From Deltaproteobacteria bacterium RBG_16_49_23 (GTDB lineage Bacteria > Desulfobacterota > BSN033 > UBA1163), in NCBI GenBank assembly GCA_001798855.1, contig MGQQ01000089.1, positions 12,189 through 76,188 on the forward strand: 64,000 nt of DNA. The letters are read 5' to 3'. The notes beneath the pieces were generated by a model that saw only the letters and a program-made list of their open reading frames with translations, did not search any database and had not been told where the DNA came from. Position 1 is the stretch's first letter; each line of letters opens with the position of its first letter. The position numbers and the translations under genes were made by a program. Below, piece by piece: positions 31,045 through 40,634 of this stretch.

Positions 31045-32409
31045 TCAGATTCCTCCCGCAAACCTTCCCGGGTTGAGGATTCCTTTCGGATCGATCTCTT
31101 TCTTCAATCGCCGCATGATCTCGTAATCACCTCTGGGTTCCCCCCAGACATCGATCCTCTTTTTGATGTCAGGAGGAGCCGACTCCACAACGGGGTGACC
31201 TTCGTTTTTGACGGCGACTAAGGAGAACTCTCTTATGAGGTTGAGCAAGGATTCTTTTTTGGATCGCACGCCTTTGCCGCCGAAGACATAGGAGTAAAGT
31301 ATTCCGTTTCCCGAATGGCAGATGAGTCCACAATCGACTCCGGACTCTTTTGCGATTTTTTCATAGCTGCCCATCACCTCTCCACATCTCGAGATCAAAA
31401 TATTGGATTTGAAGGAGATAAAATTTAACCCCTCTTCCGCCAGTCCCTCTGAAAAGTCTCGTATCGCCTTCCAGAAGGAGGAGTGAGATTCCGAACGGAG
31501 AACCGCTATTTCAAGGGCGCTTTTCTTCTTCGCCCTTTCTCCTATCTCCGAGACCTGCCGCTCAATGCTTTCAGCCACACCTTCCAACCCTATGGCAACG
31601 AGATAATTCCCCTGCTGGGCTATTGGAGGGTTGATCTTCTTCACAGCCATTCCGTTGAGGATCTCAATGGATGAAGGAAGGTATTGGGATTGGAGGATTT
31701 CACGTCCAAATTGAGCAGCCTCCTCCAGTCTGACAAAAGGGAGGAGCAAGGTTGCCTCTCTCTCCGGAAGGGGGAGGAGTTTAAAGGTGATCTCACAGAG
31801 GATTCCCAGTGTCCCGTAAGAACCGATCAGGAGCTTGCACATGTCGTAGCCCGAGACATTCTTCACTGTTTTTCCACCCGAGGCAACAATATCCCCGTTG
31901 GGAAAAACAGCTTTTATCCCGATGATTAAATCCCTCGCCGTGCCGTAAATTAGTCTTCCGGGCCCGCTCGAATTGGTCGCTACGATCCCGCCCAGCGTCG
32001 CCTTCAAAGTGTGGGGTGGATCAAGGGGTAGAAAATATCCTTTTCCTTCCTGCCCCAATTTTTTCTGAACCTCGCCCAGTGTGATTCCGCTTTCTGCGGA
32101 AAGGGTAAGATTATCACAATCACAATCCGTCATTCGGTTGAGTCGGAGAGTGGAGAGGACGACATCCATCTTTCCGGGTATCGTCCCTATCCCCATCTTC
32201 GTCCCATTCCCCATGGGAAGAATGGTCAGAGATTGCTCGTTGGCATAGGCGACGACTTTTGAAACCTCGGCGATCGTGCCCGGGAAGACAACAACCTTGG
32301 GTCGCTTTCCATCAACGGAACACGCTTTTAGTTTTTCCGGATCTTGAATGAGATTGGTTTCCCCTACGATCTCTTTTAACTTGGGAATTAGTTTTTCAAT
32401 TCTGGACAT
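31045..32409 (-). CDS. glcE: GlcE-like FAD-binding subunit
   Basis: LPLDPP, ATLGG, GGKTVKNVSGYD, DPKGILNPGR; start refined to MSRIEK. Confidence 0.8.
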   Translation of the reverse strand: MSRIEKLIPKLKEIVGETNLIQDPEKLKACSVDGKRPKVVVFPGTIAEVSKVVAYANEQSLTILPMGNGTKMGIGTIPGKMDVVLSTLRLNRMTDCDCDNLTLSAESGITLGEVQKKLGQEGKGYFLPLDPPHTLKATLGGIVATNSSGPGRLIYGTARDLIIGIKAVFPNGDIVASGGKTVKNVSGYDMCKLLIGSYGTLGILCEITFKLLPLPEREATLLLPFVRLEEAAQFGREILQSQYLPSSIEILNGMAVKKINPPIAQQGNYLVAIGLEGVAESIERQVSEIGERAKKKSALEIAVLRSESHSSFWKAIRDFSEGLAEEGLNFISFKSNILISRCGEVMGSYEKIAKESGVDCGLICHSGNGILYSYVFGGKGVRSKKESLLNLIREFSLVAVKNEGHPVVESAPPDIKKRIDVWGEPRGDYEIMRRLKKEIDPKGILNPGRFAGGI

Positions 32410-32588
32410 ATAAATCTCCTCGAATATTACAATTCGGAAAAACAATAACCAATCACCAAATTCCAAGCTCGAACATAATAACACCTCCCAACCCCCTCTT
32501 AACTTAAGAGGGGGAGTTATTGTTTGAAATTTAGCGTTTGGTTATTTTTCCATTATTTAACGCATTCGCATTACCATCCATGATTGTA

Positions 32589-33974
32589 TTACGCTTGAAC
32601 TTCCGGCAAGATCTTTCCGGGGTTACAGATATCTTCCGGATCGAAAGCCTTCTTCACCTTTCTCATTGCGGCAATATCCTGAGGGGAGAAGATAAAGAAC
32701 ATCTCCTTCATCTTCTCCGTGCCAATCCCATGCTCCCCGCTTATGGTCCCGCCTGCATCGGCGCATAATTTCATGATCTCGGAGCCTGCCAGATGCACCT
32801 TCCTCAGCTCCTCCTCGTCCCTTTCGTCAAAGAGGATGAGGGGATGGAGATTTCCATCTCCCGCATGAAAGACATTCGCGATGGTAAGGCCATACTTCTT
32901 GCTCACCTCCATTACCTGGACCAACACCTCGGGTAGTTTGGTCCTCGGCACCGTTCCATCACAGACAAGATAGTTGGGACGAAGTCTCGAAAGGGCGCCG
33001 AATGCCCCTTTCCGGCCTGCCCAGAGCTGTGTTCTTTCGGCCTCCGTCTTGGCGGATTTTACCTCACGGGCGTTATTCTTCCTGCAGATCTCCATGATTC
33101 GTTCCGCCAGCCTCTCCATCCCGTCTTTGAGCCCATCGATCTCGATGAGAAGAACAGCTTCTGCGTCGAGAGGAAAACCCGCATGGACCGATTCCTCAAC
33201 CGCCTTGATCGTCAGTTTATCGAGGATTTCGAGCGTAGCCGGAACGATTCCATCGGCAATGATGGCAGAGACCGTTCTGCCTGCATCCTCCAGAGAATTG
33301 TAGATGGCCAGCATCGTTTTAACCGCTTCGGATTTGGGCATGATCCGGAGAGTTAATTGAGTGGCGATTCCCAGCGTCCCTTCTGAACCCACCAGGAGCC
33401 CTGTCAGATCATATCCGGGATTATCCAGCGCTTTGCCACCGACCTGAATCACCTCGCCATCCGGAAGAACAACCTCAGCTCCCAGGATGTGGTTCGTCGT
33501 CACACCGTATTTGAGACAGTGAGGACCTCCCGAATTCTCTGCAAAATTTCCTCCGAAGGTGGAGACCTTCTCACTTGCAGGGTCCGGTTGATAGACAAAT
33601 CCATATCGGGCCAACTGATTTTTTAAAGCAAGGGTGAACAGGCCCGGTTCAACTACAGCCCTCTGATTTTCGATATCGATCTCGAGAATCTTGTTCATCC
33701 TGGAAAAGTGAAGGATAATCCCGCCCCGGGTGGGAATCGTCCCGCCGCTCAGATTCGTTCCAGAACCTCTTGCAATGACAGGAATGTGCTCACGGTGGCA
33801 GAACTTGACGATTTGAGAAACCTCTTCCGTTGAACCCGGAAACAGAATGCAATCGGGTTTTGCCTTAAAAAGGGAGGCATCATACCCATAGAGGAACAGG
33901 TCTGTCTCCGAGGAAAGCACATTCTCTTTTCCGACGATCTTCGATAACTCTTCAACCATTCTCTCGCGTTCCAT
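32589..33974 (-). CDS. glcD: GlcD-like FAD-linked glycolate dehydrogenase subunit
   Basis: RGSGTNLSGG, ENSGGPHCLKYGVT, GSEGTLG, HAGDGNLHP, GEHGIG. Confidence 0.85.
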   Translation of the reverse strand: MERERMVEELSKIVGKENVLSSETDLFLYGYDASLFKAKPDCILFPGSTEEVSQIVKFCHREHIPVIARGSGTNLSGGTIPTRGGIILHFSRMNKILEIDIENQRAVVEPGLFTLALKNQLARYGFVYQPDPASEKVSTFGGNFAENSGGPHCLKYGVTTNHILGAEVVLPDGEVIQVGGKALDNPGYDLTGLLVGSEGTLGIATQLTLRIMPKSEAVKTMLAIYNSLEDAGRTVSAIIADGIVPATLEILDKLTIKAVEESVHAGFPLDAEAVLLIEIDGLKDGMERLAERIMEICRKNNAREVKSAKTEAERTQLWAGRKGAFGALSRLRPNYLVCDGTVPRTKLPEVLVQVMEVSKKYGLTIANVFHAGDGNLHPLILFDERDEEELRKVHLAGSEIMKLCADAGGTISGEHGIGTEKMKEMFFIFSPQDIAAMRKVKKAFDPEDICNPGKILPEVQA

Positions 33975-34050
33975 GGATCCTCCTTCAATCAAGGCTAAAG
34001 CCTTGAGTTACAGACTTCGTCTTTCTGTAACTCAACCCTTTAGGGTTGAT

Positions 34051-34962
34051 TCAATTTCCGAATCGGTCACCCACCTTCACGCCAACCGATTGGGTAAATT
34101 CAATCGGTCCCATTTTCTCGCCTTTATCCACCCTCAACTTGCCAACGGTGATTATCCCCCCTTGAACAGCAATTTCAATGCCTCCCCTTTCAATGGCCAC
34201 AACTTGTCCTGCCCCCTCTTTTGCCGGCAGACTCTTTTTTCTTGTATCGTAGAATCTGATTCTTTTTCCTCTATACATTATAAAAGCCCCTGGCTGGGGA
34301 TCACAACCCCTTATCAAATTATAAACCTCATTAACCGGTTTTGAAGAATCAATGGAGGCAACCCGATCATCACAGGGAGGTTCGTAGGTGGCTTTCGATT
34401 CATCCTGAGGAACCCTTGGAGCAACGCCCTGTTTGATCAGATTGACCGCTTCGGTCATAGCCTCGATGCCCATGGGAAAGAGGGTATTGAAGTAGAGGGA
34501 CCCCGTCGTTTCATCAGGGCCAATTTCTACTTTTTTTTGGAGCAGAATGGGACCCGTATCGATCCCCCTGTCCGCCCAGAAGATTGTTAAACCGGTGCGG
34601 GTGTCTCCCTGGATAATGGCCCAGTTGACGGCGCTGGCTCCCCGATGCCGTGGTAATAGTGAAGGATGGTAGCAGATCGTTCCAAGGGAGGGAATATTCA
34701 GGATCTTCTCCGGGATGATATCCGTCACAAAGGCAAGTATGGCAAGATCGGGCTTCAATGCAAGATAATCGTCATAGACCTGAGGATTTTTCATCAGAGC
34801 AGGACGGAAGGCAGGAATCCCCGTCTTTTGAGCAAGAGAGGCTATCGGTTCTCCCCTCTTATCCGGAGGGGAGAAGATTCCCACCACTTCCTCTCCCTTT
34901 TGAGTCAACGATTCCAGTGCTTTTTCACCGAAAGGGCCCTGACCAACAATGATGATTCTCAT
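34051..34962 (-). CDS. Formyltransferase-fold protein resembling the hydrolase domain of 10-formyl-THF dehydrogenase
   Basis: IVGQGPFG, YHPSLLPRHRGASAVNW, IFWADRGIDTG, LYFNTLFPMG, ATYEP. Confidence 0.75.
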   Translation of the reverse strand: MRIIIVGQGPFGEKALESLTQKGEEVVGIFSPPDKRGEPIASLAQKTGIPAFRPALMKNPQVYDDYLALKPDLAILAFVTDIIPEKILNIPSLGTICYHPSLLPRHRGASAVNWAIIQGDTRTGLTIFWADRGIDTGPILLQKKVEIGPDETTGSLYFNTLFPMGIEAMTEAVNLIKQGVAPRVPQDESKATYEPPCDDRVASIDSSKPVNEVYNLIRGCDPQPGAFIMYRGKRIRFYDTRKKSLPAKEGAGQVVAIERGGIEIAVQGGIITVGKLRVDKGEKMGPIEFTQSVGVKVGDRFGN

Positions 34963-34985
34963 TGCTCATCCTTATTAAAATGAAG

Positions 34986-35126
34986 GTATCAATTTAGTTG
35001 TTTGAAATCCTCTTGTAAAATCCCTCCCAACCTCCCTTTGGCAAAGGGAGGAGAAAAATTTCCCCCCTTTGCCAAAGGGGGATGAAGGGGGATTAGATCA
35101 GTTTCTTCAAAGCACTAAAGTGTTGT
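34986..35126. mobile_element. Family B MITE, empty (insert-free) copy
   Basis: GTATCAATTTAG...CTAAAGTGTT ends; two internal hairpins. Confidence 0.75.
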
Positions 35127-35191
35127 AGATTAAGAAGGGAAAGGCTCATCAGACTTGGGTGGGTCGAAGGTGGGAGATGAGCTTTGCCCTT

Positions 35192-35335
35192 CTAGTGTAG
35201 TGCCTCAATAACGGCTTTACAATGATTTGAAAGCTGTCATTCCCGCGAAAGCGGGAATCCAGATTGAAAACACTGGATTCCGGATCAAGTCCAGAATGAC
35301 AACATTGTTAAGTCATTGCTGATACACCACACTAG
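35192..35335. mobile_element. MITE-like element (CTAGTG...CACTAG) enclosing a GTCATTCCCGCGAAAGCGGGAATCCAG REP pair
   Basis: Imperfect long TIR; related REP cores at ~38056-38172 and ~40322-40449. Confidence 0.65.
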
Positions 35336-35349
35336 CATCTTATAAAGTT

Positions 35350-36249
35350 TTATTTCTTTCTTTTGGCATCAAAGGCGGCGATCTCATCTACGGTGGCAAG
35401 GATCGTCCTTGCATTATCATAGACCGGGGTATCCACCATCTTCCCCAGATAGGAGACGGCGGCCGCGCCCTTTGCAATTCCCTCTTCCTCAAAGACCTTT
35501 ACCACCCCTTTCGCCCATTCCACATCCTCCGGCGCCGGAGTGTAGATTCGATGGGCCGGCTCGATCTGGCTGGGATGAATGAGCATTCTTCCCTCATATC
35601 CCAACTGCCGGCCGAAGCGGGTGTTCTTCTCAAAGGCTTCCGTATCTTTAAAGGCTACGAAGGGACAGTCAATGGCAATGCAACCCGCTGCCCTGGCAGC
35701 GACAGCGTTATGAGCCCGTGCATAGAATTGCTCGTCCCCCTCGGTGGTGAGTTTCACCCTCATGTCTTTCGTATAATCCACGGCGCCAAAGATAAGGGAG
35801 CTGACCCGCTTGCTCGCAGTGGCTGATGGATAGGCATTGATAACGCCTTTGGCTGTTTCAATAAGAAGCTGAATCGCAATGCTTCCAACCTTCAACCCTC
35901 TTCTTCGCTCTAATTCCTCCAGTTTCCAGTCGAGACGCTGGACATGATCCGCACCACCCGTCTTGGCCAGACAGACCCCAGAAAGCCCCTCATAGACGAT
36001 GGCCTCCAGGTCATCGTTCGTCATCAAGGTCTCCCAGTTATTGATCCTTACATAGATTGTGGACCCTCCCGATCCGGCGAATTTCAGGTTCTCCCGGACC
36101 ATCTCGCGAGCCCTTGCCTTCTCGGCCGGCGGGACAGAGTCTTCCAGGTCGAGCGTGATAATATCGGCCGGTGTCTCAGGGGCCTTCGAAACCATTTTCT
36201 CATTGTTTCCCGGAATGTAAAACACAGATCGCATGACAGTCATAACCAC
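35350..36249 (-). CDS. CitE/malyl-CoA lyase family CoA-ester lyase
   Basis: RSVFYIPGN, DLEDSV, YVRIN, IETAKG, FGAVDY, IHPSQI, GKMVD. Confidence 0.9.
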   Translation of the reverse strand: MVMTVMRSVFYIPGNNEKMVSKAPETPADIITLDLEDSVPPAEKARAREMVRENLKFAGSGGSTIYVRINNWETLMTNDDLEAIVYEGLSGVCLAKTGGADHVQRLDWKLEELERRRGLKVGSIAIQLLIETAKGVINAYPSATASKRVSSLIFGAVDYTKDMRVKLTTEGDEQFYARAHNAVAARAAGCIAIDCPFVAFKDTEAFEKNTRFGRQLGYEGRMLIHPSQIEPAHRIYTPAPEDVEWAKGVVKVFEEEGIAKGAAAVSYLGKMVDTPVYDNARTILATVDEIAAFDAKRKK

Positions 36250-36377
36250 ACCTCCTCTTTAATTTTGGCTATTCTATAGAATTCGAATCCAAACTCGAAG
36301 TAGCCAATCGTGAGGCGTAAAGGGTTAGGGGTAAGGTGTAAACCCCTTCCGCCTAACGACTCCCGCCTTACGTCATT

Positions 36378-37274
36378 TCAGCTTTTCAGCAATTTTTTGA
36401 GGGTTGGGGCGATTTCATCGGGCCGGTCGACCACATGGACTCCGGCCTCCTTCAGGGATTTGATTTTGTCTTTGGCCGACCCCTTCCCTCTTTCGATGAT
36501 GCTGCTCGCATGGGAGAACCGCATTCCCTCCGGGGCCCAGGCGCCAGCGACATAGACCACAAGGGGCTTTGTGAATTTCTTCGTCCTTACCGCCTCGGCT
36601 GCCTCCTCTTCGTAGGGACCTCCGATTTCCCCGAAGACGGCAACAGCCTTTGTATCCGGATCAGCTTCAAAAAGAGGCAGGAGGTCGCCCATGGACTGCC
36701 CCAGAACCGGCTCTGTTCCGATATGGACAACCGTGGTCACACCAAGGCCGGCCTGCTGAATGGCCCACGGCACCGTGCCGGACTGCCCGCCACTTCTCGA
36801 AATGACGCCTATGGGGCCTGGCACGAAGACCTTCTTTGCAAACTCCGGCGTCCCTCCGAGCCAGCCCGCGGCTGCAATTCCGGGGCTGATAATGCCAATC
36901 GATCCTGGCCCTAACAACCGTGCGCCCTTCTGTTTCCCATAGGCCATCATCTCAAGGATGTCATAAAGAGGAACGCGTTCCACAGGCATGACAATGAACT
37001 TAATGCCGGAATCCAGCGCTTCGAGAACCGCATCCCTCAGACCCGGACCGGGAACAAAGGTCACGCTTGCATCAATTGGACCTTTCGCCCGAACGGCCTC
37101 TTCAACCGTGTTAAAGACAGGGATTCCCGTTACTTCTTCTCCCCCTCTTCCAGGTGTCACTCCTGCCACCACCTTCGTCCCGTAACCTTTCATAAAGGCG
37201 GCCCGCACTGAGCCTTCCCTTCCGGTAATCCCCTGAACTAAAATCGTCGTATTCTTTTCAAGTAGAATCGCCAT
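36378..37274 (-). CDS. ADP-forming acid-CoA ligase alpha subunit (SucD/MtkB/CcsB family)
   Basis: [29 protein letters not shown] phospho-His; start refined to MAILLEK. Confidence 0.88.
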   Translation of the reverse strand: MAILLEKNTTILVQGITGREGSVRAAFMKGYGTKVVAGVTPGRGGEEVTGIPVFNTVEEAVRAKGPIDASVTFVPGPGLRDAVLEALDSGIKFIVMPVERVPLYDILEMMAYGKQKGARLLGPGSIGIISPGIAAAGWLGGTPEFAKKVFVPGPIGVISRSGGQSGTVPWAIQQAGLGVTTVVHIGTEPVLGQSMGDLLPLFEADPDTKAVAVFGEIGGPYEEEAAEAVRTKKFTKPLVVYVAGAWAPEGMRFSHASSIIERGKGSAKDKIKSLKEAGVHVVDRPDEIAPTLKKLLKS

Positions 37275-37310
37275 CTCCCATATCCTCCTAATATCCCCCC
37301 TCACCCTCTC

Positions 37311-37473
37311 CCTCTCCCCCAAGGGAGAGGGGTTTAAGAGGTTTCCCTCTCCCCCAAGGGAGAGGGGTTTAAGGGGTTTCCCTCTCCCCCAAAGGAGAGG
37401 GGTTTAAGGGGTTTCCCTCTCCCCCAAAGGAGAGGGGTTTAAAGGGTTCCCCTCTCCCCGCTGGGGAGAGGGG
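37311..37473. repeat. Tandem array of ~35-bp hairpin units (4-5 copies)
   Basis: CCCTCTCCCCCAA(G/A)GGAGAGGGGTTTAAGGGGTTT repeated head to tail, no spacers. Confidence 0.9.
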
Positions 37474-37556
37474 AAAGGTGAAGGAAAATTTTAAATATTT
37501 TTGTTAAGATCCCAAATTTTTCATTTTTCAATTTGAAATTTGAAATCTGAAATTTG

Positions 37557-37730
37557 GTATCACTTTAGCTGTTTGAAAATTTCCTTGCAAAATCCCTCCC
37601 GACCTCCCTTTGCCAAGGGAGGAGATAAGGGTTTCCCCCTTTGGAAAAGGGGGATTAAGGGGGATTTTATGATGATTCTTTTGACCAATTGACTCATGAA
37701 ACTCTTCTTTTCATAAGGCTAAAGTGATAC
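37557..37730. mobile_element. Family B MITE inserted in a GAAATTT heptamer tract
   Basis: GTATCACTTTAGC ... GCTAAAGTGATAC TIR; GAAATTTG on both flanks. Confidence 0.75.
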
Positions 37731-37741
37731 GAAATTTGAAA

Positions 37742-38026
37742 TTATAATACTCCATGTTTCCTTTTATATTCTTCCAACCCGGGAATCGGGGCTTCAATCG
37801 TAATCGCTTTGTTCCCCCTGAACCAGCATTCATACTCGCAGGCTAAACACTCTGTCCCAATACGCTGGGCGAATTCGGCGTCTCCTCCCAGGGCGGGCTT
37901 CCCATCCTTCAACACCAAAATACCCCGGTCAAAAAGTTTGCATCCGGCAACGCAGGCGTGGGTCGTGCAGCCGGCGCATTTGCTCTCGTCGATAACCACC
38001 TTGATTGTCCTCTCTTCAAAATGCAT
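37742..38026 (-). CDS. Small atypical ferredoxin-like protein
   Basis: IDESKCAGCTTHACVAGC and ECLACEYEC; AGGAGG RBS. Confidence 0.8.
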   Translation of the reverse strand: MHFEERTIKVVIDESKCAGCTTHACVAGCKLFDRGILVLKDGKPALGGDAEFAQRIGTECLACEYECWFRGNKAITIEAPIPGLEEYKRKHGVL

Positions 38027-38205
38027 AAACCTTCCTCCTTAATGATCTAAGAGTTGTCATTCACGCCCCGTATCAGGTACGGGGTAAACTCCAGCGGGAA
38101 TCCAGACCTCGTCTCTGCGAAAGCAGGGATCTTTCTTCGAAAAGACTGGATTCCGGATCAAGTCCGGAATGGCAAGATTTGTAAAATCATTTCTGAGACA
38201 GTAGT

Positions 38206-39465
38206 TTAGCCCTTTATCTCTCTTTTCTTCCGATATTCATCGATGAGGGCTCTCATGCGTTTTGCAAGAAACTCCGTCTCGTAGACTTTCTCGCTTCCAT
38301 AGATTTCGATCGGGTTCTGACCCAGCAAGTCCGTTGTCCCCTCCTTCAGAATCTCCATGGATTCCTTTTCCTTATTCCCGCAGAGTAGAATCACACTGGG
38401 AAATCCGGGTCTCTTGGGGAGCTCCTCCCTCAGGGCCTTCACGACCCCATGAGCATGGTGCCACTGTTCCTGGTTTGCGACAATAAAGCCGCCGAGCATA
38501 TATCCTTCAATATCCGGCTGGGAAAGAATCACCTTCGCAGCCCGGTAAACTTTCGCGGCCGTTGGATTGCCGCTCGTATCGGCATAGTTGGCGATTTTCA
38601 AACCCTGCCGGTTCAAGGCATCCACTCCGAGAATGGCGCCTCCTCCCCCGATTCCATGGTAACCCACATAACCCGGTCCCTTTTTATCCGGCGCCATCTG
38701 GGCGATGTAACAGGTTCCCCGGAGATCGCCTTCCTCAATCCACCATGCAATCCGGTCGAACTCGGTGGGAGGCGTGGGGGCTTCGCGAGCGACGTCGATG
38801 CCCAGCTCGGGGTGGCGAAATACGGAAGAGTCATCAATGGAGATTCGGCAATCCGCAGCAAGTATCTTCCCGGCCTTCGTCAACACAAGAGGGTTGATCT
38901 CTGCCGTCCGGCAATTGTATCCCTTAAATGTCTGGTACAAACCCATGATGGCTTGGGCAATGGAAGGAAGCACCCGGGTAGGAACCTTCAATGCCACACA
39001 AAGGTTGAGAGCATCATATAGACGAAAGCCGCGGAGAACGTCCACGGTCACCCGGGCAATCTTTTCCGAATCCACCGATTCGATGTCCATTCCCCCTTCC
39101 GTGCTGAACATCACCACCGGGGCTCTCGCCTCTTTTGAAGCATCGATGATGACGCCGACGTAGTATTCCTTTTCAATATCTAACTTCTCCTCCACCAGTA
39201 CCTTTTCTACCTTCAGATTCTTGATTTCCATCCCCAGGAGCTGGTTTGCAGTGATCTCTGCATCGAGAGGATGTTCAGCAAACTTAATCCCTCCTGCCTT
39301 TCCACGGCCCCCGGCCCAAACCTGCGATTTGATCACCACGGGTTTCCCTATCTTCTCAGCAATCTTCTTCGCCTCCTGGGGAGTGGCGGCCACTTCCCCC
39401 TGCGGGACCGGCACCTTCGCCGCCTTGAGCAGCTGTTTCCCCTGATATTCATACAATCGAGCCAT
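38206..39465 (-). CDS. ADP-forming acid-CoA ligase beta subunit (ATP-grasp; SucC/MtkA/CcsA family)
   Basis: LYEYQGK, KSQVWAGGRGKAGG, EGGMDIE, EINPL; C-domain GGGG...ANYADTSGNP. Confidence 0.88.
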   Translation of the reverse strand: MARLYEYQGKQLLKAAKVPVPQGEVAATPQEAKKIAEKIGKPVVIKSQVWAGGRGKAGGIKFAEHPLDAEITANQLLGMEIKNLKVEKVLVEEKLDIEKEYYVGVIIDASKEARAPVVMFSTEGGMDIESVDSEKIARVTVDVLRGFRLYDALNLCVALKVPTRVLPSIAQAIMGLYQTFKGYNCRTAEINPLVLTKAGKILAADCRISIDDSSVFRHPELGIDVAREAPTPPTEFDRIAWWIEEGDLRGTCYIAQMAPDKKGPGYVGYHGIGGGGAILGVDALNRQGLKIANYADTSGNPTAAKVYRAAKVILSQPDIEGYMLGGFIVANQEQWHHAHGVVKALREELPKRPGFPSVILLCGNKEKESMEILKEGTTDLLGQNPIEIYGSEKVYETEFLAKRMRALIDEYRKKREIKG

Positions 39466-39514
39466 AACGACCTCCCAATCTCTTCTTCAGCCTTTGGGGA
39501 TTAAAATTTTTTCT

Positions 39515-39565
39515 CTTATAACAAATGGCAAACGCCTTGTCAATAAAATTAAAATGGTAAGACCA
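39515..39565 (-). promoter_or_regulatory. Promoter TTGACA-17-TATAAG with upstream FadR-family box TGGTAAGACCA (39555-39565)
   Basis: Matches the PdhR/LldR-type TGGTnnnACCA consensus; same core recurs before the regulator gene. Confidence 0.72.
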
Positions 39566-39799
39566 ATAGACCAACCCGCTCTTGATAGTGATAGAGTCAA
39601 TGGGTTGGGGAGTCCCCTTTTGAAAATGGGAGCGGGACAGGTTTGAAAGGGTTCCACTCTTTGCCAAAGGGAGGAGCGCCCCAGAGAATCTTGAGGAACC
39701 AAATAGAACTCTTCGTTTGTATCACATTAGTTTTTTAAAAAAGAAGTCTGATCAAGATATCGAAAAATCCCGAATCCCCCTCAAACCCCCTTTTTCAAA

Positions 39800-40018
39800 C
39801 TGATCCTTACCCATAAATAGGGGCGCTGGACACAAGGGGCACTCCGATAGATTCCCCATCCCCCTCCTGACCTCCCCCTTGAAGGGGGAGGACCATAACG
39901 ATTACCCTCCTCTTCAGGGGGAGGGTCGGGGTGGGGGTGGGGTATGCCAAAGCCTCAATTGCACCAGTCGTACGTTCCATACTTGTGTCCAGCCCCCCAA
40001 CTTATGGGACACGGTCAG
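39800..40018. mobile_element. Family E MITE (copy 1) with flanking direct repeat TTTTTCAAA
   Basis: Imperfect ~35-bp TIR (CTGA..CCCATAA..GCTGGACACAAG); inserted in a CCCCCTTT-NNN-AAAGGGG hairpin. Confidence 0.82.
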
Positions 40019-40634
40019 TTTTTCAAAGGGGAAGTCTTTCTCCTCCCTTTAGCAAAGGGAGGTGGGGAGGGATTTTATGAAGCCTTTTTCAAAGAGCTAA
40101 AGTGTTATTCCTTTTTCATGTTCCCCTATTTAAATTTTCATCTTGACAAAGATTAATTACGATGTTATGGAGTTTTGCAGAATTATTACAAATTTTCTTA
40201 AGAAGAAGTTAATGGTCTGTCCAGTTTTCAGCCCCGCACACTTTATACCGACCCTTTCACGGATTCAGCCTCTGAATGTGTGCTTAACATTTTTATGGGA
40301 ACCTCTACTAATTATCAATTTGTCACTCCCGCCCCGTATCAAGCGCGGGGTAAACTCCGGCGGGAGTCCAGTGATGTCAAGAGCTCCTGGATTCCTGCTT
40401 TCACAGGCCTGCCCGCCAAAGGGCGGTTCGGCCCGCAGGCAGGAATGACATTTTTAGATGTAACCTAATATACATAATGAGCCGGGCTTTGATGTGAATG
40501 TATTTAATGTAATAAGGAAAGGAGGTGATTTCTTAATTCAATCGGGAAGCTTTCCAGTCTTTAAAGCCAGGGAGATCAGACTTTTAAAAAAGAGAGTTTA
40601 TTAACCTAAGTCTATTATTAAGGAGGAGGAAGGA

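Noticed and set aside
37311-37473. CRISPR array (35-bp palindromic repeats)
   Set aside because: Units are head to tail with no unique spacers, and no cas genes are present
36378-39465. Plain sucCD annotation
   Set aside because: Beta C-domain lacks SucC signature motifs and the pair is linked to a CoA-ester lyase; gene symbols withheld
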